From Candidatus Multivoradales bacterium (GTDB taxonomy: Bacteria; Acidobacteriota; Thermoanaerobaculia; Multivoradales; Multivoraceae): a stretch of DNA of 64,000 nucleotides. The translations under genes were made by a program, and so were the position numbers. The stretch is taken from assembly GCA_965223325.1 (NCBI GenBank), contig CBDCWI010000002.1, positions 3,232,001 through 3,296,000 of the forward strand, read 5' to 3'. Shown here piece by piece: positions 38,954 through 47,809 of the stretch. Below the pieces are notes generated by a model. The model was given only the letters and a program-made list of their open reading frames with translations. It was not told where the DNA came from and searched no databases. Position 1 is the stretch's first letter. The number at the start of each line of letters is the position of its first letter.

Positions 38954-39730
38954 ATGCCATCCAAGCCCAAGAAACCCAATCCACAGCTCCCAGACGGCGA
39001 TCCCGCCACTCTCCATCAACCTGCCAGACGCGGACAGCGCGGCTACACGCTCATCGAGCTGGCGGTGGTCGGCCTGATCATCGGCATCATCTCAGTCATC
39101 GCGATCCCGGCTCTCCACCTGGTCATTCGAAGGGCGAAGCTCGAGGGAATGACCCGCGAGATCGCCGCTCACATGCAGGTTGCCCGCCAGGAAGCGATCA
39201 AGCAGGGAATCGATGTGGTGGTCGCCTTCGAAGCGTCAGACGCGAACGGCCCCGCAAGACTCATCGCTTTCGGAGACGTCCCGGTTGGCACCGCCCCGCC
39301 CGACCGCATCTTCACGCCCGACCCGGATGAGCCACATCGCACGGTTGACTACCTGGTCACCGAAATGGTGTTAGGGGACAGCCCGTCACAGGAGTCTCTG
39401 CGTTTCGACTTTGCGGCACCCGAGGGCGCGATGGCCTTCACTGGCTTCAGCACGACCGGCGCGGCGCCAACTGACGACACGAACACGGTCGGGGAACGGT
39501 TTGCCGTCTTCCGACCCGACGGCTCCATCGCCGCCCCTGGCGCCTTCCGCTTCGGCGACTTCCGGAAGCCCTATGGCGACTACACCGCGGGGCGCTGCGG
39601 CAACTGCTTCGAGGTGAGAATCGCGCCCGCCGCGACCGCCAAGATCACCTTCCTCAAGTACAACTACGGCGAGGCGACCTGGGTGCCCTCGTCACGTAAG
39701 TCAGGGCGTTCCCTGTGGAAGTGGTACTGA
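38954..39730 (+). CDS. Minor pilin, FimT/FimU (GspH-like)
   Basis: QRG/YTLIELAVV, ARQEAIK...V.V and F.PDG motifs. Confidence 0.85.
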   Translation: MPSKPKKPNPQLPDGDPATLHQPARRGQRGYTLIELAVVGLIIGIISVIAIPALHLVIRRAKLEGMTREIAAHMQVARQEAIKQGIDVVVAFEASDANGPARLIAFGDVPVGTAPPDRIFTPDPDEPHRTVDYLVTEMVLGDSPSQESLRFDFAAPEGAMAFTGFSTTGAAPTDDTNTVGERFAVFRPDGSIAAPGAFRFGDFRKPYGDYTAGRCGNCFEVRIAPAATAKITFLKYNYGEATWVPSSRKSGRSLWKWY

Positions 39731-39817
39731 CGCCTGCTATCTCCTCCTTGACTCTGCCCTCCGCCCCAAGCATCGAAACCAGCTCTCCTCAGTGAGAGCT
39801 TGCCAGCAGGAGAAGCC

Positions 39818-40609
39818 ATGAATACACGAGCCCTCTTTGCCTTTCTCCTTTTCTCCTCTTGCCTGCTCACCCCGTCCCACGGTGACTGGCTGGTCACCGT
39901 CGACGGAACCCGGATCGAGACCCAAGGGCCCTATCAGCTCGATGGCAGCCGCATCATTTTCAAGACCACCAACGGGACCTTGAGCGCCATGCGCGCAAGC
40001 GAAGTCGATCTCGATGCGAGCCGCCGGCTCACCGAGAGCAAGAAGCAGGCACAGACCGAGGCGCAGCCCTCGAACTCGTCAGACACCGCGCGGAAGGCGG
40101 CTCTGGTACTCGACGAGAACAACACCGGAAGACACCTCTCCCTCGGTATCGACGACAGCACGGATGGCGAGGGTGGCGACTCGGACGACGCCAAGACCGA
40201 AGCACTCGAAGTGCTTTCCTGGGAGGAGGCACAGGGATCTACCGAAGATCTGGTTCTCGTCGGCCGGGCTCGCAACAACAGCGATATTTTCGCGACCGAA
40301 CTCAGTTTGACGGTCACCGTTCATGACGAGACTGGCAAGGTGGCCGGCCGCAAGGCAGCGACGTTCGACCGCAAGGCCCTGCGGCCGGGGCAGGAGACCA
40401 GCTGGCGTGCCACCTTTCCTGGGATCTATATGAGCCGCAATCCGACGTTCGAGTCCAAGGCCACAGGCTTCGTAACCCGCGACCGCAGCGACGGTGCAGG
40501 CTCAGCCGACGACAGCGACGACGGCAGCGACAGCCCGACGACCGACAACGCGGGGTCGACCGCAGAAGACACCGGGTCCGCCGCTGTGACCGACCTTTCC
40601 GGTTCGTGA
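39818..40609 (+). CDS. Exported protein, paralog of 37992-38873
   Basis: Signal peptide, shared W.VT..G.RIET.GP...DG.R..F, AALVLDE and ALEV.SW segments, and an FxLYD-like domain. AGGAG SD. Confidence 0.75.
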   Translation: MNTRALFAFLLFSSCLLTPSHGDWLVTVDGTRIETQGPYQLDGSRIIFKTTNGTLSAMRASEVDLDASRRLTESKKQAQTEAQPSNSSDTARKAALVLDENNTGRHLSLGIDDSTDGEGGDSDDAKTEALEVLSWEEAQGSTEDLVLVGRARNNSDIFATELSLTVTVHDETGKVAGRKAATFDRKALRPGQETSWRATFPGIYMSRNPTFESKATGFVTRDRSDGAGSADDSDDGSDSPTTDNAGSTAEDTGSAAVTDLSGS

Positions 40610-41598
40610 ACGTCCAAGCCCGCGGCACGCCGCGCGGCAACCGGGTCCTGGCCACAGGCCTGACCCTCCTGACGCTGGGATGGGTGTTTGCGACCGCAAC
40701 GTTCGCTGACGGCGCTCTGCTCTCCGTCCACCTGCCAGACGGCAGCACGGCGACAACTTCGGTCGACCTGGACATCGAAGGGGACTTCACGGCCGAGATG
40801 TTCTCGCTTGCCGATCCACCACGCTTCATCCTCGATCTCGTTGGAACCACCGGACGTTCCGCGACCCTGCCCGTTGGAACTGCCCAGGTCCTCCGCGTCC
40901 GGACCGCGCAGTACCGCACCGATCCACCGGTCGTACGCCTGGTCTTTGATCTGGCCTATCCCACGACTCCGACCCTCGAGCCGCGAAAGGGAGGCCTCCG
41001 GGTCCGTTTTCCACCCGGACCAACGCAGATCACCGAAGCGCAAGGCCAAGCGACCCAAGAGCCCTTGCCAATCGTAGAAACCAAACCAGACGAAGCCGAC
41101 GAGAACCTGGACCCCCCCTTACCGTTGATCGAAGTGGGCGCCGGGGTCGCCGTCACTCCGCCCCTGCGGCCGGCTTCCGCCGCAGACGAGCTGGCCACCC
41201 CAGAGATCCGAGAGGCAGAGATCGCGGCCAACAACGCCGAGCCCGGCAAGCCCGAGTCGGCCGAGCAGGTTTCGATGGACCCCCCAGGCGAGCCGTCGCC
41301 GACCGAAGCCTCCTCCTCTGGAGCCGACGAGGAGATCGCCACCGAGGCTGCTCATTCGCCACGCGAAGTGGCACGGCCCACGCTCAGCCCGGTGGTCGGC
41401 CCGGCGGCAACACCAGTGACGCCCGCGGAGCGGGTGCCGGGCCTCGTTCTGGTACTCAAGGACGGCCAGCGCATGCACCTGCGCGAGCCCTGGAGACACG
41501 ACGGCCGTCGCATTCTCTTCACCACCAAGAGCGGTATCTTCTCTTCAATCCGCACCGGTGAGGTTGACATCGAGGCCAGCAGCACCAGCCCGCCCTAG
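40606..41598 (+). CDS. AMIN domain-containing protein
   Basis: F.LADPPRFILDL...VLRVRTAQY...VVRLVFDL AMIN signature, then a Pro/Glu linker and a C-terminal shared domain. Confidence 0.85.
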   Translation: MNVQARGTPRGNRVLATGLTLLTLGWVFATATFADGALLSVHLPDGSTATTSVDLDIEGDFTAEMFSLADPPRFILDLVGTTGRSATLPVGTAQVLRVRTAQYRTDPPVVRLVFDLAYPTTPTLEPRKGGLRVRFPPGPTQITEAQGQATQEPLPIVETKPDEADENLDPPLPLIEVGAGVAVTPPLRPASAADELATPEIREAEIAANNAEPGKPESAEQVSMDPPGEPSPTEASSSGADEEIATEAAHSPREVARPTLSPVVGPAATPVTPAERVPGLVLVLKDGQRMHLREPWRHDGRRILFTTKSGIFSSIRTGEVDIEASSTSPP

Positions 41599-41607
41599 CC
41601 GACCTCG

Positions 41608-42975
41608 TCAGCTGGTCGAGTCGCTTCCGGCGGCATCCTGCCAGGCGCCGAACACCGCCGCCCCCGTCGCCGGCCAGTTGAACCGCTTCGCTCGCTCGGG
41701 CCCCAGCTCGGCCAGACGCATCAACGTCCGATCGTCGGCGAGCAGCTTCCTGAGGCCCTGCTCGAGAGCGTCTACATCGTCGGGCTGGACGTAGGCCGCC
41801 GCATCCCCAGCAACCTCACGCAGGACCGGAATGTCACTCGCCAGAAGCGGGGCACCCACCAGCATCGCCTCGAGCGCCGGGAGCCCGAAGCCTTCGTAGA
41901 CCGACGGCACGGCGACCAGTTGAGCGTGGCGATAGAGCGTCGGAACCAGAGCCGCGTCGGCGTAACCGAGGTGGATGAGCCAGCCCTCGTCCTGGCCCGC
42001 GGCGATGGCGCTCTCGATCTCAGCAGTCTTCCAACCCAGGCGCCCACAGAGAATCAAGCCACACGCCAACGAGGTCGATTGCAACCGCCGCATGGCCTCG
42101 ATCAGAAGTTCGACACGCTTGCGTGGCTCGATCGTTCCGACGTGCAACACGTAGCGTTCGGGAATCGACTCCGGTAGCGGCGCCGACGCCTCGACATCCA
42201 TTCCGGCTGCAAGATGGACGGTGCGCACTCTCTCAGCAGGCGCAAGTCCATCCTCGATGAGCTCGCGGCGCACGGCTTCGCTGTCGGTCATGATCACCGC
42301 CGCCTTCCTCGTCGTGCGCTCGAGGTGGCGGGTCAACTCGGCCAGGGTCTCAGCGCGCAACGTTTCGGGGAAACGTCTGAAGCCGAGGTCGTGGATCGTT
42401 GCCACCAACGGTCCGCCGGCAAAACGCAGCCGGCCGGGCAGAAAGTAGTTGGGTGCAAAGCGCACCTTGTTGCGATCGGATCGCACCAGCCAGGCTGCGA
42501 GTAGCGGTCTGAGTCTTCCGACCAGAATGGCCAGCGGAGCGACCTCGCTCTTGAGTTCGTAGGTGACGTGTTCGATCGCTGGACCGCTCGGTACAACCAC
42601 GACCGGCTGCTGCTCTTCGCCCATATTGATCAAATCGGGCCCATAGAGCCGAATGCTGAGATCTCGCCGATCGGCGAGTTCTTCGATCAGCCGGAAGAGA
42701 TACCAGCCGATGCCGGTCAGTGGCTCCCAGAAGGCCGAGATGTCAATGGCCACCGTCAGGCGCTTCTCCTCCGCCCGCTCGCGCGCCGCGAGCCGGGCGC
42801 ACCGCCACCAACGCCAACCGGCAGGCAGGCTCCCTGGATGACGGACCAGGGCCAGCGGCAGAGCAAAGAGAAGATCGAAGGCGCGCCGCATGCGCCGCGC
42901 CAAGGGCAAGAGTCCCAGCGAGGCGAGGGCGCGCTTGAGGCCCGACTCGGGGACCGGCTCTGGGTTGGAGGGCAT
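41608..42975 (-). CDS. Glycosyltransferase family 4 (MtfB-like)
   Basis: TGIG.Y, TIHDL, VGTIEPRK, PS.YEGFGLPALEAM and SDIPVLREV motifs. Confidence 0.93.
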   Translation of the reverse strand: MPSNPEPVPESGLKRALASLGLLPLARRMRRAFDLLFALPLALVRHPGSLPAGWRWWRCARLAARERAEEKRLTVAIDISAFWEPLTGIGWYLFRLIEELADRRDLSIRLYGPDLINMGEEQQPVVVVPSGPAIEHVTYELKSEVAPLAILVGRLRPLLAAWLVRSDRNKVRFAPNYFLPGRLRFAGGPLVATIHDLGFRRFPETLRAETLAELTRHLERTTRKAAVIMTDSEAVRRELIEDGLAPAERVRTVHLAAGMDVEASAPLPESIPERYVLHVGTIEPRKRVELLIEAMRRLQSTSLACGLILCGRLGWKTAEIESAIAAGQDEGWLIHLGYADAALVPTLYRHAQLVAVPSVYEGFGLPALEAMLVGAPLLASDIPVLREVAGDAAAYVQPDDVDALEQGLRKLLADDRTLMRLAELGPERAKRFNWPATGAAVFGAWQDAAGSDSTS

Positions 42976-43026
42976 GAAAGCTAGTTCGAGGTCAAGGTGA
43001 CGGCCGCTCTGGCAACCGCTGCAGCG

Positions 43027-44388
43027 CTAGTCCTTGCGATACCGCGGAAAACCTTCGAGGTGGTGCTCCTTGACGCGTCGCAAGACGGTCCTGTAGCTGA
43101 CACCGAGCAACTGCGCTGCTGCCTTCTTGTCACCATCAGTCTCACGGAGTGCCTCCCGCAACACCTCGCGGTCGTCTTTCTCGGCCAGCGGCTCGATCAG
43201 CGCTTCGATGTCGGAGCGTTCGATGACGTTGCCCGGCGTCAGAATGACGGCGCGCTCGAGTACATTGGCCAACTGCCTGATGTTGCCCGGCCATTTTTCT
43301 TCGCAGAGAAGCGCAATCGCCCCCTCGGAGAGTCGCACCCGCTCCTCGTGCTCAGGGGCCGCGCCCTCTTTGGCCGACCGCTGTCGTGCACTTCGTTGTT
43401 TCGCAGCCAAGCGCTCGAGCAGATAGTCGCACAGGAGCGGCACGTCAGAGGCGCGCTCGCGGAGCGCCGGTAGCTCGATCGGGAAGACGTTGAGTCGATA
43501 GAAGAGATCCGAGCGGAACCCTCCCGCTTCCACCATCCCTTCGAGGTCCCGGTTGGTCGCCGCCACCAGGCGGACGTCGGCGGTTCGCGTTCGGCCGCCG
43601 CCGACCCGCTGAAACGTTCGATCCTCGAGTACGCGAAGGACCTTCGCCTGAACAGCCAGGTTGAGCTCACCGATCTCATCGAGGAGAAGCGTCCCGCCCT
43701 CGGCTTCCTCGAATCGACCGGTCTGCCGGCTGCTGGCGCCGGTAAAGGCGCCCTTTTCGTGCCCAAACAACTCATTCTCGATCAGGCTCTCCGGAATCGC
43801 CGCGCAGTTGAGCGCCACAAACGGACCCTCGCTTCGGGCCGAGAGCCCGTGGACAGCACGGGCGAAAAGCTCCTTGCCGGTGCCGCTTTCACCCAGGAGC
43901 AGCACCGTGCTGTCGACCGGAGCGACGCGTTCGACCAGCCGAATGGCGGCACGCAGTCGTGGATGGCGACCGATGATCAGAGGGCCGCCCGGCACCGAGA
44001 GGCCCGGCCGGACATCAGGGGTATCGCCGGTGAGTTCCGGCACCATGCGAAGGAGGTCATCGATTTCGACCGGCTTCTCCAGAAAGTTGGTCGCGCCGCG
44101 CTTCATTGCCTCGACCGCGACCGAGACCTCGCCAAAAGCGGTCATCACGACCACCGGAGTGTGCGGATTCGTCTGCCGCACCGCATCCAGGACGTCGAGG
44201 CCCGTGGCATCGGGCAGCTTGAGATCGGTCAGCACGATGTCGAACGCACAGCCCTCGAGCATCGACAGCGCCTCGCGCACGGTCTCTGCGGCCTGTACCT
44301 CGTGCCCCTCTGCCGACAGCGCGCGCTCGATCAGGCGCCGCAGGCTCCCCCGGTCCTCGACCACCAGGACGCTGCGGGGAGTTGTCAT
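43027..44388 (-). CDS. sigma54-dependent response regulator (PilR/AtoC/NtrC family)
   Basis: Receiver domain (VVED, TDLKLP, KP), GESGTGKE, GAFTGA, LDEIGE, WPGNIRQL and a Fis-type HTH. ATGA-coupled to selA. Confidence 0.95.
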   Translation of the reverse strand: MTTPRSVLVVEDRGSLRRLIERALSAEGHEVQAAETVREALSMLEGCAFDIVLTDLKLPDATGLDVLDAVRQTNPHTPVVVMTAFGEVSVAVEAMKRGATNFLEKPVEIDDLLRMVPELTGDTPDVRPGLSVPGGPLIIGRHPRLRAAIRLVERVAPVDSTVLLLGESGTGKELFARAVHGLSARSEGPFVALNCAAIPESLIENELFGHEKGAFTGASSRQTGRFEEAEGGTLLLDEIGELNLAVQAKVLRVLEDRTFQRVGGGRTRTADVRLVAATNRDLEGMVEAGGFRSDLFYRLNVFPIELPALRERASDVPLLCDYLLERLAAKQRSARQRSAKEGAAPEHEERVRLSEGAIALLCEEKWPGNIRQLANVLERAVILTPGNVIERSDIEALIEPLAEKDDREVLREALRETDGDKKAAAQLLGVSYRTVLRRVKEHHLEGFPRYRKD

Positions 44389-45950
44389 GAACCCTCGCCC
44401 GCACAGAGGGCCCACGCAACGGCAGCGACCAGGGCATCGTCGTCCGCTGGATCGACGGTGCGCAGGTCGAGGATCAATCGCCCCTCCCGCAGGTAACCGA
44501 CCACCGGCGTCGGGCCGAGCCTGAGCCGCCGCGCCAGACGCTCACCGCCGTCGACCGCCAGCGCTTCGCCAGGTATCGGGACTTCGGGCAGAGCGCCACC
44601 ACCGACGAATGCCTCAGCGGCGATCGGCTGCACCACGAGACCCGCCGCGCGCAAACCGCTGGCGACGCGCTCGAGGCGTTCTGAGTGGAGACGCGCATCG
44701 GGCCACAAACCGTCAATCGGCATGGCATCTCCCGCCAGGCGGGCCCGCAGGACTGCCTCGAGCGCGGCCAGGGCCGTGCGGTCCGGCCGCAAGGCTCGAT
44801 AGAGAGGGTTCCTCTCGAGTCGCTCGATCAGACGACGGTCACCGACCAGGAGGCCTGCCTGTGGCCCCCCGAGCAACTTGTCGCCGCTTCCACAGACCAG
44901 ATCGGCTCCGGCGATCAAGTGTTCGCGCACGCTTTCGTGGGTCTCGAACTCAGGCCGCTTCGAGGGGCGCAACAAGCCGGCTCCCTCGTCCACGAGAAGG
45001 ACGACCCCCGACTCGCGGCTGAGGGCAGCGAGCTCCGCGGTTGTGGTCTCTTCGACGAAGCCGGTGATGCGGTAGTTGCTCGGGTGCACCTTGAGAATGA
45101 GGCCGGTGTTCTCGCCGAGAGCATCGCGAAAGTCCGCGATGCGCGTGCGGTTGGTCGTTCCGACCTCGACCAGCCTGGTCCCCGCCGCCTCGAGGATCGC
45201 CGGCACCCTGAACGATCCCCCGATCTCGACCAACTCGCCTCGCGAAACCAGAACCTCTCGGCCTCGCGCCAGAGTGTTGAGCGCGAGCACCAGGGCGGCA
45301 GCGTTGTTGTTGACGACCAGCCCCCTCTCGGCACCGGTCAGAGCCGTCAGAAGCGCATCGGAACGCCGGTTTCGCTGCCCGCGGGTCCCGCGCTCGAGGT
45401 CGAGCTCGAGGTCGCAACTTGCGTTCAGGAGAGGCGGAAGTGAAGCGGCAACGGCACGCGGCAGCGGAGCGCGGCCGAGATTGGTGTGCAGGAGGATGCC
45501 CGTAGCGTTGATCACCCGGCGGAGAGTCGCACCGAGACCGGCTTCGAAGTGGGCCTCGAGCAGGCCCTCGAGGTGGCCCTCCAGATCGTCGCTGGGAGCC
45601 TCTTCCAGGCCCTCGATGCCCCCCTCGCGCAGGCCTTCGAGCAGCACGCGGAGCTGGCTCGAAACCGCGTCCCTTCCATATAATTGGACCAGGCTCGCCA
45701 CTGCGGGCCGGTTCAGGATACGCCCCACCGCCGGAAGGGCACGCCGTTTGTCGACGCTCGAGCTGGAGGCGGCCGCGGGGGATTCCTGGCCGGTCGGCGG
45801 AGAAAGCCCTCGCCCCGCCTCTTGACCCTCCCCATCGCTCGTACCTCCCGCAGCTGCCCCGGCCGCCCGCTCTCCGACTGGCGATCTGGTGGGGGAGCCT
45901 CCAGGAGCGCGGGAGTCTGCAAGTTGCTTCCGATCGGCTTTCTCAGTCAC
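44385..45950 (-). CDS. selA: L-seryl-tRNA(Sec) selenium transferase
   Basis: VINATGILLHTNLGRAPL, VNNNAAA, SRGELVEIGGSFR, EVGTTNRT and SGDKLLGGPQAG motifs, with a ~65-aa low-complexity N-extension. Confidence 0.95.
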   Translation of the reverse strand: MTEKADRKQLADSRAPGGSPTRSPVGERAAGAAAGGTSDGEGQEAGRGLSPPTGQESPAAASSSSVDKRRALPAVGRILNRPAVASLVQLYGRDAVSSQLRVLLEGLREGGIEGLEEAPSDDLEGHLEGLLEAHFEAGLGATLRRVINATGILLHTNLGRAPLPRAVAASLPPLLNASCDLELDLERGTRGQRNRRSDALLTALTGAERGLVVNNNAAALVLALNTLARGREVLVSRGELVEIGGSFRVPAILEAAGTRLVEVGTTNRTRIADFRDALGENTGLILKVHPSNYRITGFVEETTTAELAALSRESGVVLLVDEGAGLLRPSKRPEFETHESVREHLIAGADLVCGSGDKLLGGPQAGLLVGDRRLIERLERNPLYRALRPDRTALAALEAVLRARLAGDAMPIDGLWPDARLHSERLERVASGLRAAGLVVQPIAAEAFVGGGALPEVPIPGEALAVDGGERLARRLRLGPTPVVGYLREGRLILDLRTVDPADDDALVAAVAWALCAGEGS

Positions 45951-46040
45951 CAGGAAAGTCTAGTACCCGCGGACGATCGAGGCGCTCCTCTTGACCCGTT
46001 TCCTTCTCCTTCTTTCTGATCTCCGACCCCAAAGGCCATC

Positions 46041-46580
46041 ATGAGAACGAACCCCAACCTCGACAACCTCGAGCGCGACATCCAGAAGCTGAAGCTCGAG
46101 TTCGACCGCTACTTCAACGGCGCCATCGATCTGCCGCCCTTCGAGCAGGTCGAGCGCCTGAAGACGCAGATCCGGACCCAGCGGAACACGGTCAAGACCT
46201 CGATCGACAAGTTCCGCCTGACGGGTTTGGAGGCGAAGTTCAACTCGTTCAACGAGATGTTCTCCCGCCGGGTACGCAATATCGAAGAAGGGCGGACGCA
46301 GAGGCCCCGCAAAGGGGACGCTCAGCCGCGCATGGACGTACAAGATGGTGTGATGGTCTCCGGCCGGATCGACGAGGCCTCGGCCGCAGCGATCTACCAG
46401 GGCCTCTACTCCGGTACCGCGAAAGCCGCCAAGATCGATCTCGGCAAGTTCCGTGGCTACCTCGATCAGCAAGCGAAGACAATCCGCCAGAAGACCGGCT
46501 GCCAGCAGGTGCAGTTCCGGGTCTCGAACGAAGGTGGTCAGCTAAAACTGAAAGCCAAGCCGATCAAGCGATCCAGCTGA
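46041..46580 (+). CDS. Protein resembling the MXAN_5187 C-terminal domain family
   Basis: L...FD.YF.G...PP, R..EEGR and V.FRV..EGG..KLKAKP pattern, recalled from that family; not searched. Confidence 0.65.
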   Translation: MRTNPNLDNLERDIQKLKLEFDRYFNGAIDLPPFEQVERLKTQIRTQRNTVKTSIDKFRLTGLEAKFNSFNEMFSRRVRNIEEGRTQRPRKGDAQPRMDVQDGVMVSGRIDEASAAAIYQGLYSGTAKAAKIDLGKFRGYLDQQAKTIRQKTGCQQVQFRVSNEGGQLKLKAKPIKRSS

Positions 46581-46614
46581 AATCTCCGAACGCCCCTACC
46601 CCAGAAAGAAGCCC

Positions 46615-47781
46615 ATGAAGCGCAACGTCAAAACGCCACGCTCCCCTCTCTCCAAGACCTCGGTCGCGCGCGGCACGCTTGCCGTTCTCGTCCTGCTCGC
46701 CGCCACCCTCGTCACCCTGGTTGCCGGGGCGGGTGAGTTGCCCGAGGAGCGTCTCGAGGAAGCGCTCGCTGCCCAGTACGACCTCATCACCTCGAACCCG
46801 GGGGACGCCGACCTGCACAGCGACCTGGGCAACCTGCTCGAGCTCTCGGGGCGTGCCGACGCGGCAGCCAACGCCTACCGCGTCGCGATTTCGCTCGATC
46901 CAACCCACATCACGGCTCACTACAACCTGGCGCTGCTCGAGCACTCTCGCGGCGAGCTACGCCAGGCGCGAGAGTTGTACGAGAGCGTCGTTGAACACGA
47001 GCCCGCGCACGCCTGGGCGCACTACCAGCTCGGTCGGCTGGCAGAAACGCGCGGCAAGGACGCCGAAGCAGTGGCGCACTACGGACGTGCCTTCACGCTC
47101 AACTCCGATCTCGCGTTTGCCGACACCAACCCTCACGTCCTCGACAACGCCCTGGTCACCGAAGCGCTCCTCGCGACCCAGGCCACGGTGCCCTCCGACG
47201 ACGCACCGCGGATCTACAAACAACCGACGCGCATCGGTGCGATTCTCGCGCCCCGTCCTGTTGACCCGGAGCCCGACGCCAGAAGCGACAGCTCGCCAAC
47301 TCCCGCTGCCACAACAACCGCCGGCGGCGGCTTCGGCGGCGTCACTACGCCGCACACTGACGAGCCCGAAAGCACGACGTTGCGTACTGACGGCGGGCGA
47401 GTACCGCGCTCCCGCAGCGCCCGACCGCCGGGAGCATCTCCAAGATCCCCAGCGCGCCGAGCGGACGGGTCGGAAGATGACCGCACACTGAGCGGCGACG
47501 ACCTGCGCGATCTGGGGCGCATCAACCAGGCCGAAGACACCAACGGCACCAGCGCGGTGGGAACCAGGCGTCAGAACGTCACCTCTCCGCGCCGACCGCG
47601 CGGCGCCACTGCACCGGCACCTCGCCTGCCGCAGCCGGTCTTGACTCCCCAGCCCCAACCGTCGCCGGATAGCGCCCCTCCGACGGGTGGCCGCTTCCGC
47701 CCTGGTAGTCGCTCGAGCGCACAGCTCGACCTCGAGGTCGTGCCGTTGGCGACCCCTCGCGATCAGGCACGCAGGTCCTAG
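46615..47781 (+). CDS. Exported TPR protein with Pro/Arg/Thr-rich tail
   Basis: Signal/TM and three to four TPR repeats (AHYNLA, AHYQLG). Confidence 0.8.
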   Translation: MKRNVKTPRSPLSKTSVARGTLAVLVLLAATLVTLVAGAGELPEERLEEALAAQYDLITSNPGDADLHSDLGNLLELSGRADAAANAYRVAISLDPTHITAHYNLALLEHSRGELRQARELYESVVEHEPAHAWAHYQLGRLAETRGKDAEAVAHYGRAFTLNSDLAFADTNPHVLDNALVTEALLATQATVPSDDAPRIYKQPTRIGAILAPRPVDPEPDARSDSSPTPAATTTAGGGFGGVTTPHTDEPESTTLRTDGGRVPRSRSARPPGASPRSPARRADGSEDDRTLSGDDLRDLGRINQAEDTNGTSAVGTRRQNVTSPRRPRGATAPAPRLPQPVLTPQPQPSPDSAPPTGGRFRPGSRSSAQLDLEVVPLATPRDQARRS

Positions 47782-47809
47782 CACGAACGCGCCGTCACCC
47801 AGGTGCCTG

